Virus record (IMG/VR): IMGVR_UViG_3300033141_003435
Location: 1-58,261 of that record
Reading direction: 5' to 3' (one strand)
Source: a virus
Taxonomy: Duplodnaviria; Caudoviricetes
Length of the DNA stretch: 58,261 nucleotides
Shown: positions 45,734-55,051 of the stretch, one piece after another
How positions within the stretch are numbered: position 1 is the stretch's first letter
Layout: the number at the start of each line of letters is the position of its first letter
The notes under the pieces: generated by a model
What the model saw: only the letters and a program-made list of their open reading frames with translations
Told to the model about the DNA's origin: nothing
Database searches by the model: none
Program-made: the position numbers and the translations under genes

Positions 45734-46566
45734 TCCCAGTCCTCCTCATACTCATCTGTCAGATGAGCAAAATCGTGCTCCCACATTCTCCTCTGCTCTT
45801 CCTTACACTCTTGTCGTGTTTGCATCACTCGCTTCCTCCACTTCTCATTCCGAAGTCGTTTTAACGGCTCTCTCGTCATCAAGTTCCACACTTCGAAAAC
45901 ATCGTGCATCTCTCTCGGGTTGTAGATATGAACGTCCCGAAAGTTTCGCATTTTCGGCAGCACCTTTACAACAGGAGAAGTCGCCAAGAAATAGTCTGTG
46001 AACACGCGTCCCCTCTCCGACACAAGCACAACCAGCAAATCAAGCCAGCCCCACCCGCCGCATTGATTCTGTGCGTACAACCGATGGTCGTGTACAACAC
46101 TCACACCTTCATAGAAGCATCCCCTTCCTTCAAGCGAGAAATGCTGCTTCACATTCAAGAACGATATCGTCTGCAAGTACTCCGCAATCGTCATACGCGT
46201 ACCAGCAACATTTGCTCGAAGCTCCTTCCACCGAATCTCAAAAATCTCACGCGCCCTGTCAGTTCCCAGCCAGTTCAATGGAGGATATGGCCATCCCGCG
46301 TCATGCTCTTCAGATACAGGTTCGCGAAACATCACTTCGAAGTACGTCCGCTCATCAATGTTGAGCTTCTTACAATTCTCAACAATTTTGTTGAACTTCG
46401 TACGCAATTTTGGACTTCTCACGTTGTACCTACAAGAGACTCCTGTCACGGCAGAAACGAAAGCTCCATACAGTTGTGCCGCCGCTTTCACCCTTTGAGT
46501 TGCAGGAGATGATCGCCAGCTACTAAGCTCACGAAGCGTCTGTTTGTACTTTTCCCTCTTGTTCAC
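45724..46566 (-). CDS. hypothetical protein (possible helicase loader/initiator)
   Basis: 280 aa directly upstream of the helicase; function inferred from position only. Confidence 0.6.
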   Translation of the reverse strand: MNKREKYKQTLRELSSWRSSPATQRVKAAAQLYGAFVSAVTGVSCRYNVRSPKLRTKFNKIVENCKKLNIDERTYFEVMFREPVSEEHDAGWPYPPLNWLGTDRAREIFEIRWKELRANVAGTRMTIAEYLQTISFLNVKQHFSLEGRGCFYEGVSVVHDHRLYAQNQCGGWGWLDLLVVLVSERGRVFTDYFLATSPVVKVLPKMRNFRDVHIYNPREMHDVFEVWNLMTREPLKRLRNEKWRKRVMQTRQECKEEQRRMWEHDFAHLTDEYEEDWEWL

Positions 46567-46873
46567 GCAAGCCCCCCAACGTCTCTCTCACTTTCTCCAA
46601 CGCCTCCCCCAATGCTTGGTGCACCATAGTAGCCTTCCTCACTCCCATCCTCAAAACGCGTCGAAGTGGAATGTCAAACTCATCTCTATACCCTTCTTCA
46701 ATGTCATAATTTGACCAACAACGAATATCTACAAAACTCTTCCCATCACGTCTAAAAGTGAACGCTCTCAGCTTCTGCGTCCTTGAAACGTCCCACTCCC
46801 CAACCAACTCAACATCCTCACAGCCCTCAAAAACACTCCATGGCCACGGCTTTCCCTTCCTTAACTCACTCAC
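46529..46873 (-). CDS. PC4/YdbC-like ssDNA-binding protein
   Basis: LRAFTFRRDGKSFVDIRCW motif. Confidence 0.55.
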   Translation of the reverse strand: MSELRKGKPWPWSVFEGCEDVELVGEWDVSRTQKLRAFTFRRDGKSFVDIRCWSNYDIEEGYRDEFDIPLRRVLRMGVRKATMVHQALGEALEKVRETLGGLREQEGKVQTDAS

Positions 46874-46944
46874 TTACACACACCTCCTTTCACCAGAATA
46901 TCTATGTGATCACGACACCTTCGACGTCGTGTTGTACCAACCCT

Positions 46945-47140
46945 TGTTATGTTATTAATTAAGTAATTGATCCAGTTAAGTCTGTTAATAAGAACATTCA
47001 GGAGAATATAACCTAGTAACCCAGTAAAGAGAGTAAAGAGAGTAAAGTTGCCCTCTTTAGACACTTGTACCCTCTTTAGACTCTTGTTCTAGAGAACATG
47101 TCAGTAACTCATCTCTTAAAAGAGATGAGTTACTGACACG
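46945..47140. repeat. AT-rich tract, short direct repeats and a 40-bp palindrome (candidate origin)
   Basis: TGTCAGTAACTCATCTCTT-AA-AAGAGATGAGTTACTGACA at 47099-47138; AGTAAAG x3; CCCTCTTTAGAC x2; TGTTCT-AG-AGAACA. Confidence 0.7.
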
Positions 47141-47168
47141 CCCTGCGGGCGTCAACTGAGATAGGAAC

Positions 47169-49541
47169 TCAAACGGTGACATGTTGTACCTCGAACCCCT
47201 GCTGTTCATACACGCTGATCCTTCTACGTGCATGGCTCGCAAGATACTTATTCCCGACATCGAGAAAGTCGTAAATCTTCACAACATTGTCTCCTGTCGT
47301 CTTGCGCCTCATCCCTCTTCCAACACGCTGCAGAAGCTTTATCTGTGACTTTCCTCCACCAGCCAAAACGAGCACTCGTATTTCCGGCACGTCCATACCC
47401 TCGTCGAAAATGGGCGTCGCAACAATTGCACCAACCCGTCCCCGACGTAAATCCTTGAGCGCCTTCATCCTCTCACTTACATCCACACCTCCATGTAGAA
47501 GTCTCACTCGTCGTACTCCAGCATCAGTTTCACTCAGAGTCCAAAAAATACTGGTCTGATGCTTGACCGTATTTGTCAGAACAAGTGTCGACTCTCCTCT
47601 CTTCATAGCTTCGCTTACAATCTTCGCTATCAGCAAATTTCGATCGAAGTTTGTCTCGATTCCCAACCGATAAGCGGCGTGGTACGTTTTGCGCTCCAAG
47701 TCAGTGCTTATCGTACGATTCTCGACTACGTATATGATCGGCTTGGCTGAAATTCCTCGCTCAATCAGGTCTGCATTTGTGATGCTCCCGACAACGCCTC
47801 CCGTCTGTCCGATAAGCTGTAGATTGCTGATTGCGTCTCTCATAACTGGCGTTGCACTCATCCCATACCTGAAGTAAGCGTTACAACGTCTGGCGATAAA
47901 CAGCCAGGACTGGGATGTCAAGTGATGACAGTTGTGTACTACAATTCCATTCGCAATGAAAAGTCTATCTTCGTCATCCAACTCTATATCGTAAAGTTCT
48001 CTCTCACCGAGTGAAATCACCTCTCTAATCTTCTCCTCCTTGAACTTCCCTCTTCTGTTGTAGCGAGTTTTTCGCGAAAACTGCTTTCGCTTCAGCTCAA
48101 AGCCGAACAAAGAGTTGAACGCGTGTACGTATTCACCGTAGATTGCAAGTCTCCATCTATCACGGTGAGGCGCTCGTCGCCTATAGCGATACACTGTATT
48201 CCACACACCATAAACTTTCAACATGTCAGATAATTGACGAACGCACTTCTCAGATGTCATATCAACACAAATTCTCCTATTGTCGGGGCTGTGCCCCTCC
48301 GCATCGAACAGCCCTTTTATCACTCCAACACTGCATTTTTCATACAGCTCTTTGGGAATCTCGACTGTCTCTGTTTTTCTCCCTCTAGGAATGTCGTACT
48401 TCTCCTCAAGGCGTCTGGCGTCTTCTCGTTCAAGAGCGAAGATGGTATCGCCTCGAGCGTTTGTGTATTCTCTCATAGCACAGCGATGTCTTCTAAAGAT
48501 TTCTCTAATTTCGTCTACATCCTTCCTAAATGCGAACTTGATGTACCCACGATCGTTCGTCCCATCGCCCAATATCCAGCCGAGCATATATTCGTCCTCA
48601 TCGTAAGGGAGCTTTCTCATTAGATGCTTCAAAACCAACAGTCTGTCGACCTGACTAATCGGCTTAAGCGTTATCCCCTTTCCACTCCAAAACGTTGGCA
48701 CAATGTGATTGGCGGAAGCAATCAAATAACTGTTCTCTCCAGACAAAACATACTTGAAAGCGGGCGCTTTCGTCTTCCATTTTCTCTTGACCCTCGCTAC
48801 TCCATCAGGAGTTAAAACTGTGTCTCCCACACGAAGCTCTCGCAGCAACACCATCCCGTTTGGAGTAGCTATCTGAGTGTCTCCGTCCAGACATTCGTCC
48901 AGGAACAAACAGTCAACATTCTCCCACAGATACTCCCTGACTCTCTCACTTTTTGACTTCAATCTTTGATACAGTGTAGGAATCATCCCGACCGTAATCT
49001 TCTTCGGCTCCCAACGATCAGCGAAGATTACGCCGACTTCACACCCCAACCTGTTCTCAAGTCGCTCTCTTGTCTGCTCTGCTAAGTTTTGAAGGTGTGT
49101 CAGGAACAGCGTACGACACTGGAGGACGCTGATTATGCCCGCCGCAAGCTCCGTCTTTCCCGAGTTAGTGGGAGCCATCAACACACATCGCTTCCGCTTC
49201 AATCCCTCTCGTATCATCTCCAACTGATAGTCTCGAAGCTCGATCCCCCGCAACTGCGGCAACGCATCTTCACTAACTTCAGCGGGCTGTCTTCGTGCAT
49301 CAACAATCAAACACTTCTCTCTAAGCTTCGGGGGGAGAATGTCAATTAAGCCCGACGGAAACGTCATGCGATAGAGATTCAAAAATGAGTAAGTTCCGTC
49401 CCATCTCCCAGAACGAAACGAGGGCATCCAGAATCGTCCAGGAACGACAAAAGTCAAAGCTTTCTTCAACGCCAGTCTCTCGACGTTCGTATCGACGTGA
49501 GTGACCTGAGCTTTAAGGTTACCTAATTGAATCTTAATCAA
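47169..49541 (-). CDS. uvsW: SF2 helicase, UvsW-like, interrupted by an intein
   Basis: LRDYQ, APTNSGKT, LDE|CH, GMSATP, EGMDVP, QRVGRGMR. Confidence 0.92.
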   Translation of the reverse strand: MIKIQLGNLKAQVTHVDTNVERLALKKALTFVVPGRFWMPSFRSGRWDGTYSFLNLYRMTFPSGLIDILPPKLREKCLIVDARRQPAEVSEDALPQLRGIELRDYQLEMIREGLKRKRCVLMAPTNSGKTELAAGIISVLQCRTLFLTHLQNLAEQTRERLENRLGCEVGVIFADRWEPKKITVGMIPTLYQRLKSKSERVREYLWENVDCLFLDECLDGDTQIATPNGMVLLRELRVGDTVLTPDGVARVKRKWKTKAPAFKYVLSGENSYLIASANHIVPTFWSGKGITLKPISQVDRLLVLKHLMRKLPYDEDEYMLGWILGDGTNDRGYIKFAFRKDVDEIREIFRRHRCAMREYTNARGDTIFALEREDARRLEEKYDIPRGRKTETVEIPKELYEKCSVGVIKGLFDAEGHSPDNRRICVDMTSEKCVRQLSDMLKVYGVWNTVYRYRRRAPHRDRWRLAIYGEYVHAFNSLFGFELKRKQFSRKTRYNRRGKFKEEKIREVISLGERELYDIELDDEDRLFIANGIVVHNCHHLTSQSWLFIARRCNAYFRYGMSATPVMRDAISNLQLIGQTGGVVGSITNADLIERGISAKPIIYVVENRTISTDLERKTYHAAYRLGIETNFDRNLLIAKIVSEAMKRGESTLVLTNTVKHQTSIFWTLSETDAGVRRVRLLHGGVDVSERMKALKDLRRGRVGAIVATPIFDEGMDVPEIRVLVLAGGGKSQIKLLQRVGRGMRRKTTGDNVVKIYDFLDVGNKYLASHARRRISVYEQQGFEVQHVTV
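47931..48893 (-). mobile_element. intein with LAGLIDADG homing endonuclease (321 aa)
   Basis: Starts CLDGDT, ends GIVVHN followed by Cys+1; LGWILGDG and KGLFDAEG motifs; inserted in the DECH Walker B. Confidence 0.95.
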
Positions 49542-49578
49542 CTTTGCCTCTCCGTCAACCCTTGTTCCTTTTTATTTT

Positions 49579-49607
49579 ATTATAATAAATGCCCTGTAGA
49601 AAATCAA
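49579..49607 (-). promoter_or_regulatory. sigma70-type promoter for the helicase operon
   Basis: TTGATT-N17-TATAAT. Confidence 0.75.
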
Positions 49608-49678
49608 GTAAATTTTTTGTTTTCAACAACTTAGCTCTCTCTCTCTCTGCGCACTCGACATTTGGAGCTCGCGGTCAA

Positions 49679-49928
49679 CAAGTTCAAGCCGTAAGCTTTG
49701 CAAGTTCAAGCCGTAAGCTTTGCGAGTGCAAGCCGTAAGCTTTGCAAGTTCAAGCCGTAAGCTTTGCAAGTTACAAAACCGCATTTTGCAGAACGAGGCC
49801 ATAAGAGCGACAACGTGCGTCGTAAGCTTTGCAAGTTCAAGCCGTAAGCTTTGCAAGTTCAAGTCGTAAGCTTTGCGAGTGCAAGCCGTAAGCTTTGCAA
49901 GTTCAAGCCGTAAGCTTTGCAAGTTCAA
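49679..49928. repeat. two blocks of four 22-bp tandem repeats (iteron-like)
   Basis: Unit CAAGTTCAAGCCGTAAGCTTTG at 49679/701/723/745 and 49832/854/876/898; the third unit of each block is the variant CGAGTGCAAG. Confidence 0.92.
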
Positions 49929-50016
49929 TGTTGAATGTTGTACCGAGCGTTTGATTTTTTCGACGCGACGTATGGGACCAACTTTCAGTGTTTGGTTTTT
50001 TGATGGTCGTTGTGCG

Positions 50017-50883
50017 CTACGAAGTTGAACCAACTTTTAGCTTCCTCACAGCTTCTTCTCGCTCTTCCTTTGGGAGACGCAGCGCGTCTCCCCAGTCTTT
50101 GCACTCAGGCGGCGGAGTTTGAATCTCCGTCTTCACGACCCAGCGCAGAAGATCGTAAATTCTTAAAGCTTCCTCACTCGCATCTCTATCGAGTGCGACT
50201 ATCACTTTCGATGGAACGAGGTTGAGAATCTTGCGAAGTTGAGCATTCGTGGCTCTCTTTCCCAACAACGCGACTCCACCAAGAGCAATCGCGTCAAACA
50301 CCCCTTCGCATATTGCAACAACCGCGCCACTCTTCCCTCTGAATCTGTCGATCCCGTAAACGACTTCTGTCTTCGGAAGCAGCCCCTCTTCTCTCTTCGA
50401 CGGATTCCTCCACTTAGGGCCGACTCCCTCTAGCCTTCTCCCGACGTAGTACACAACTCTTTGATTTTCGTAGCAAGGAAAGATCACTCTGTTGGACCAG
50501 TGCGGACTCCACACTGCGTTGGAAACGCTGATGTCGTTGCGTGACAACCCGCGAAACTCAAGATACGCCACCGCCTTCGCCCTCTCCTCTCGATGGACAC
50601 TAGACGAAGAGAGCAACGAAACAGCTGACGCCAAAATACTGGGACGACTTCTCTCTATGGGCTTCACTGTTCGCTCGATGTAGGCAGCTATCTCTTCAAA
50701 CTGTACGGCACGAACGACCGCAGGAAAGTCACGTTTTAGCCTTTCCACCGAACCTGCGGCGTCGCACAACTTGCAGTGAAAGACTTTGTGTCTGAGGTTG
50801 ATATAGAGATGCTTGTGGTGCCATCCAGACTTATCCCCGCAGTAAGGGCACGCAACGACAACCTCGTCTCCGTATCTCTTCAT
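50017..50883 (-). CDS. DNA primase (Zn finger plus TOPRIM)
   Basis: CPYC..CKLC, RVIFP, CEGVFDA, LGK, ALDRDA, DWGD. Confidence 0.92.
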   Translation of the reverse strand: MKRYGDEVVVACPYCGDKSGWHHKHLYINLRHKVFHCKLCDAAGSVERLKRDFPAVVRAVQFEEIAAYIERTVKPIERSRPSILASAVSLLSSSSVHREERAKAVAYLEFRGLSRNDISVSNAVWSPHWSNRVIFPCYENQRVVYYVGRRLEGVGPKWRNPSKREEGLLPKTEVVYGIDRFRGKSGAVVAICEGVFDAIALGGVALLGKRATNAQLRKILNLVPSKVIVALDRDASEEALRIYDLLRWVVKTEIQTPPPECKDWGDALRLPKEEREEAVRKLKVGSTS

Positions 50884-51251
50884 TTCTCTTCGACTTCACT
50901 TTCCATGGGGACTCCGAACATACGCTTTGCTTCCTCGGGGGTCAATTCTTCGCCGTTCCAACGTTCGAGGTTCCGACGAAGCTCCTCTTCAATACTACGC
51001 TCAAGTGGGCTGACGTTGGCTCGCAGCTCTTGAAGAAGTTTCTCTCTTCTCTCCTCTTCGCTCATACGCTTAAGACGACGACGAGTCTCCTTATTAGCTC
51101 GTTTCACGAACTTGCGCAAGGCTCTCACGTACGGGTCTCTCCGAAGCTTTCTCAACAAGTTCCAGATGATGAGTCGACGAATCAGTCGATCCCCCGTTGG
51201 GCTGAGCAAGAAGGCCACGACTACAGCAAATACAAGTAGCACATACTTCAT
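50880..51251 (-). CDS. membrane-anchored hypothetical protein
   Basis: From ATG 51251; N-terminal hydrophobic helix. Confidence 0.6.
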   Translation of the reverse strand: MKYVLLVFAVVVAFLLSPTGDRLIRRLIIWNLLRKLRRDPYVRALRKFVKRANKETRRRLKRMSEEERREKLLQELRANVSPLERSIEEELRRNLERWNGEELTPEEAKRMFGVPMESEVEEK

Positions 51252-51252
51252 C

Positions 51253-51465
51253 TTACTTCCTCCTTTCGTCTTTTGCTCTTTCAACCGAACAATGCTTCAA
51301 GTCCAGTGACACACAATGCACTTCTCGCAGATGCTCCACAATGTGCGCTCCACAAAGCTTCGCTCCACAATGCAGACATTGTGCGTCAACATCCCTCGGA
51401 CAAAACACACCCCGCTCTTCCTCTTTGCTTCTCTTACACTCAGAGCAAATCTCGTAAAGCATCAC
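51253..51465 (-). CDS. Zn-finger protein
   Basis: CSEC...C...CLHC..LC..H..H...H. Confidence 0.6.
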   Translation of the reverse strand: MMLYEICSECKRSKEEERGVFCPRDVDAQCLHCGAKLCGAHIVEHLREVHCVSLDLKHCSVERAKDERRK

Positions 51466-51668
51466 TCCTCCAATTTGTCTGTGTTTGGGGCTGGCTCCTG
51501 AAGATTGTCCTTTTCAAACGCGCCCTTTCCAACGAGATACCCTCGCAGAAAGGTCATGCGTCGCTCAAGTTCGACTCTTCGCCATGTCGGAACTTTCTCC
51601 GTATCAAGTTCCGCTCTGATGGCGTTCATCTCCCTTTGAGCTTCTTCGATACTCTTAGGCGCTTTCAT
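51462..51668 (-). CDS. hypothetical protein
   Basis: 68 aa, AGGAGG RBS. Confidence 0.6.
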   Translation of the reverse strand: MKAPKSIEEAQREMNAIRAELDTEKVPTWRRVELERRMTFLRGYLVGKGAFEKDNLQEPAPNTDKLEE

Positions 51669-51840
51669 GTGACACCTCCTTTTTTGTTTTCACGCCTTCT
51701 TTGCCTTTCCAATCTCTACAAACAGAAGCAGGGTGCTTCTCTTCCTTGTGAAGCTTGCAGACTCCTCGTCTCAAGAAGTACGACCTTACTAGCGGCGCGT
51801 AGAAGTGAACGCAGTTAGAACACCTCCGTCTGTCCCTCAT
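51655..51840 (-). CDS. small Cys4 protein
   Basis: CSNCVHF...GVC...VCRDW; AGGAGGAG RBS. Confidence 0.6.
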   Translation of the reverse strand: MRDRRRCSNCVHFYAPLVRSYFLRRGVCKLHKEEKHPASVCRDWKGKEGVKTKKEVSHESA

Positions 51841-51841
51841 G

Positions 51842-52024
51842 CTACTCCTCCTTCAACTGCGCTATCTCTTTCAACAGTCTTATCTTGGCGGCGAAAGTAG
51901 CGGGGTACTTCTCCCCCATCAGCGTCGAAAGATAGCCCCACTGTGTTGGCGTAAGAGTCTCAGCCAACTTCCAAACAATCTCGCCCTTCAGTGTTTCCAT
52001 TTTTGCCTCCCACCACATCGTCAT
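51842..52024 (-). CDS. hypothetical protein
   Basis: 60 aa, ATGA overlap. Confidence 0.5.
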   Translation of the reverse strand: MTMWWEAKMETLKGEIVWKLAETLTPTQWGYLSTLMGEKYPATFAAKIRLLKEIAQLKEE

Positions 52025-52263
52025 CTCCGACCACGCTCAAAAACTTCGTTCAGCGTTTTCGACCCAACTGAACGAATGTTGACGCCGCCTCTTCCACCTT
52101 CAGCTTTGTAAAACTTGCCCCCGAAGTAAAAGACAGCCTTGAAAGACGGACACCCAATGTACGCGAACTCATCTGGAAGAGCGTCGCTGATGTCGCAGAG
52201 TCGACGGTTGTTCTTCTCCACCCACTCGTTCCATTGTTCAACTGTCATGTGTCTTGGAAGCAT
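52021..52263 (-). CDS. hypothetical protein
   Basis: 80 aa, GGAGG RBS. Confidence 0.55.
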   Translation of the reverse strand: MLPRHMTVEQWNEWVEKNNRRLCDISDALPDEFAYIGCPSFKAVFYFGGKFYKAEGGRGGVNIRSVGSKTLNEVFERGRR

Positions 52264-52771
52264 CTTCTTCCTCCTTCAATACTGAGTCTGGGATGCCCCA
52301 AACTTTGAGCACGTCGTCTAGAGTCTTGCAGTGTGAAAAGTCTGTCGTCACGTAATCTTTGATGTACCCGTCTTCCTTCAGCTTCGCGAATATCAAGAGT
52401 GCACTGCCTTTGTAATGATCTCCACTTTTCTTCCCCGCGGGCTCTAGAGTGACGACCTGCTTGTGTGGAAGTGTGCCTTCAGGCGCATCATCCTCCAAGT
52501 GCTGTTGGAGAACCAGCTTTGTGCAGAACTCTCCTGTTGAGACCTTTCGCGTAATGAAAAGCTTAAGCAACTCGACGGGAAACAGCACCGGATTCGCTCT
52601 AGCGGAGATGAAGAGATAGAGCAAGTTGTCTTCACTGAGAGCACAAATGACTCGCTTGCTCGTCAGCTCTTTCTGCTCCTCGCTCATCAGCTCTTTCTGC
52701 TCCTCCTCGCTCATCTCTTCGACTTTCCACACTGTCACTTCCTCGTTGTCGAAAACTCGTTTTTTCTTCAT
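52238..52771 (-). CDS. hypothetical protein
   Basis: 177 aa. Confidence 0.65.
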   Translation of the reverse strand: MKKKRVFDNEEVTVWKVEEMSEEEQKELMSEEQKELTSKRVICALSEDNLLYLFISARANPVLFPVELLKLFITRKVSTGEFCTKLVLQQHLEDDAPEGTLPHKQVVTLEPAGKKSGDHYKGSALLIFAKLKEDGYIKDYVTTDFSHCKTLDDVLKVWGIPDSVLKEEEDASKTHDS

Positions 52772-52953
52772 GTTGAGGCTCCTCTACTGACGCAAGTCTC
52801 TCTGACGACGATTCTCCAACCCAACACATTGTCTTCTTCGACAAGTATCCGCTCATCGTTTCGCTTCCAGAGAACCCACGGCGGGCTGCTGATTCCGTAG
52901 GTGATGTTCTGGCGCTCAAAGCCCATCCTCTTCAACTCAGTCTCGTCAATCAT
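52768..52953 (-). CDS. hypothetical protein
   Basis: 61 aa, AGGAGG RBS. Confidence 0.55.
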   Translation of the reverse strand: MIDETELKRMGFERQNITYGISSPPWVLWKRNDERILVEEDNVLGWRIVVRETCVSRGAST

Positions 52954-53281
52954 TTCTTCCTCCTTTCTTAGACTTTGATCTAAAGCTAAAACAGAACGTC
53001 AGAAGGTTCTCTGACACTGCCCCACTGTCTGCCCCCCCAACGGCACACCACCCATTTATCGTTTTTGAGCTATACGGATTGAAGTGAGCACACTCACCAC
53101 ATCGAACCATCAACTTTTGCTCCGTCTCTATCCGCTCCTCGATGTAGCGCAACCGAGACTCAATGAAATCCTTGCTCGCCGCCGAAGCGTTGCGAAGGTC
53201 GATCTCAAATGCTTCTTTCACCGCCTTGAGAGCCGCATAGTCCATACTGTCGTACACTTGCCTCCAAGCGTTTTTGCGCAA
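52946..53281 (-). CDS. hypothetical protein with C-terminal Cys4 module
   Basis: CGECAHF...GWC...FCFSF. Confidence 0.6.
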   Translation of the reverse strand: MRKNAWRQVYDSMDYAALKAVKEAFEIDLRNASAASKDFIESRLRYIEERIETEQKLMVRCGECAHFNPYSSKTINGWCAVGGADSGAVSENLLTFCFSFRSKSKKGGRND

Positions 53282-53282
53282 T

Positions 53283-54290
53283 TCACACCTCCTCTATGAA
53301 CTTCACCAACCGACAGTGCCTCATCAGCCCCCTTAGTGGAGGCTGATATCTGACGAGCACTCTCTTTCCGTAGTACTCTTTCTTCAAGCTTCCGTCTGAG
53401 GCTGTCATTTGCTCCCTAAGCTCATCCGTCAGATTTCCGAAAGCACCGACCACTTTTCCGTCAATCGACACCGTACACGCTCCGACTTTCCCTTCGATCC
53501 TTCCAGCTCCAGGGCTCCACCCAGTTATCACAGCCTCTACATCATCGTAGCGTTTGACCTTCAGCCAACAATCCACTCTTGAGTTGGGCCTGTACTTGGA
53601 ATAGATGTGCTTCAGCATAACTCCTTCTCCCTTTCGTCTCACAACCTCTTCGTAGAACGCTTTCTTCCCCTCTTTGACAACTTCCGACACTTGAAGACGA
53701 AGCGATTTGCAGACCGTCTCCAGCTTCTTTCTTCTTGCTTGCCACGAAAGCTCTGTCACATCTTCTCTCCCAAAGCGTATTATGTCAAACACTACAAATC
53801 TTGCCCATCCAAACTTCTTTTGGGTCTCGAGTGCTTGTTCGGGCAGTGCCCCATTTATCGCTTGTATCGCCGCTATCGGCGGCCTCTTGTCGCCTTCTCC
53901 GGCAATCATCTCCCCGTCTAAGATCGTTCCCTCTAACGCTTCAGAGTATCTGTCGTGATACTGAGGGTAGTTGTCCGTCTTTTCGTTGTACAGCAGCGTT
54001 TTCGGGTCTTTCCCTCTTGTAGTGAATCGAATTCGTCCACGATGAAAGTGCATCAACATTCTAACCCCATCAAGCTTCTCTTCGCAAATCCAATCTTTGT
54101 CCTCCCAGTACGGCTCCGGGTTCTCCGTTACGTCTTCTGCTAACATCGGCTCTATCTGTGTCGGAGTGTCTTCCGTCGTAAAGTGCTTTGCTACTCTTCC
54201 TTCTAGCACCTCATATGTTTCCGACTCGTCCGCTTCAAGCCCCAAGCTTCTCACGTACTCTACAAATTCTTGTTTAGGCGACTTGCTCAT
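53283..54290 (-). CDS. lig: ATP-dependent DNA ligase
   Basis: EEKLDGVR, ILDGE, VFDI, EGVMLK, WLKVK. Confidence 0.95.
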   Translation of the reverse strand: MSKSPKQEFVEYVRSLGLEADESETYEVLEGRVAKHFTTEDTPTQIEPMLAEDVTENPEPYWEDKDWICEEKLDGVRMLMHFHRGRIRFTTRGKDPKTLLYNEKTDNYPQYHDRYSEALEGTILDGEMIAGEGDKRPPIAAIQAINGALPEQALETQKKFGWARFVVFDIIRFGREDVTELSWQARRKKLETVCKSLRLQVSEVVKEGKKAFYEEVVRRKGEGVMLKHIYSKYRPNSRVDCWLKVKRYDDVEAVITGWSPGAGRIEGKVGACTVSIDGKVVGAFGNLTDELREQMTASDGSLKKEYYGKRVLVRYQPPLRGLMRHCRLVKFIEEV

Positions 54291-54501
54291 CTTTCATCTC
54301 TTCCCTGGGAACCAGATCAAAGGTCACCGACATGTCCCCTGAAAAGCGATCTTGTACCTTGATCCCGATCAAGTCGTGGGCGGACGAATACTTCCACCGC
54401 TTGGTCAGTCTTTCTCTTGGGTCGTTCTTGAGAGCTTTGAACATAGCAAGCTCTAGTCTCCCAAGGACTCTTCTTTCACTGCGTTTTCGTCCTCTTGCCA
54501 T
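54274..54501 (-). CDS. hypothetical protein
   Basis: 75 aa, AGGAGG RBS. Confidence 0.55.
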   Translation of the reverse strand: MARGRKRSERRVLGRLELAMFKALKNDPRERLTKRWKYSSAHDLIGIKVQDRFSGDMSVTFDLVPREEMKDEQVA

Positions 54502-55051
54502 TTCGTTGCCTCCTTTGTTGAATGTCTAACAGCCTCTGAAGCTCAGAGGCCATCGCTCTAACGATGTCGTACGTAGCATCTAAGCTTGTATCGACATCGC
54601 CGAGATCGTCCCAAAGCTCCTGATAAGCTTTGTTTGCCGTAAGCCCGTCCATCAGCTTTTCCACCAGCAGTCTCTCATATCCGTGTTTGCCTTCTTTCCA
54701 CTTTTCGATCGTCATCCGCAGTGTCTTCAGCCGTTCCTCTCTCCATCGTTTGCTTCCGAGTCCCTCGATGTCTACCACAACGTTTGTCGCAAGTCGACTT
54801 TGCTTTCGAAGATAGTTTCGACTCCCCTTTGGAACGCTCTCCGCATTCCAACTCCCGAGTTTGAAGTTGATGATTTCCCGCTTTGCGATCGTTCCAACTT
54901 TAGCAGGATTAAGCTGCCCCTTCTTGGCGGCTTCTAGTATCCCGACCAGAGCTACATTTCTTAGCTCGTCCCGCTCAGTTTGTATCGTAGTGTCTCGAAG
55001 CTGCTTGCTTACGACTTTCTCCACGATAGGGAGAATCTCTTCGAACTTCAC
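54476..55051 (-). CDS. sigma-factor-like protein
   Basis: Region 2-like ERDELRNVALVGILEAA...IAKREIINF; C-terminal helical DGLT..AY; weak similarity judged by eye. Confidence 0.5.
   Translation of the reverse strand: MKFEEILPIVEKVVSKQLRDTTIQTERDELRNVALVGILEAAKKGQLNPAKVGTIAKREIINFKLGSWNAESVPKGSRNYLRKQSRLATNVVVDIEGLGSKRWREERLKTLRMTIEKWKEGKHGYERLLVEKLMDGLTANKAYQELWDDLGDVDTSLDATYDIVRAMASELQRLLDIQQRRQRNGKRTKTQ

Noticed and set aside
46870-47260. Two short ORFs (64 and 67 aa)
   Set aside because: They overlie the AT-rich, palindromic tract and have atypical composition; treated as non-coding.
49623-50033. 136-aa ORF over the 22-bp repeats
   Set aside because: The translation simply cycles the 22-bp unit through frames; no convincing RBS; better explained as a DNA element.
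52660-52716. 24-bp tandem duplication (SEEQKEL x2)
   Set aside because: Small in-frame coding duplication with no further structure.
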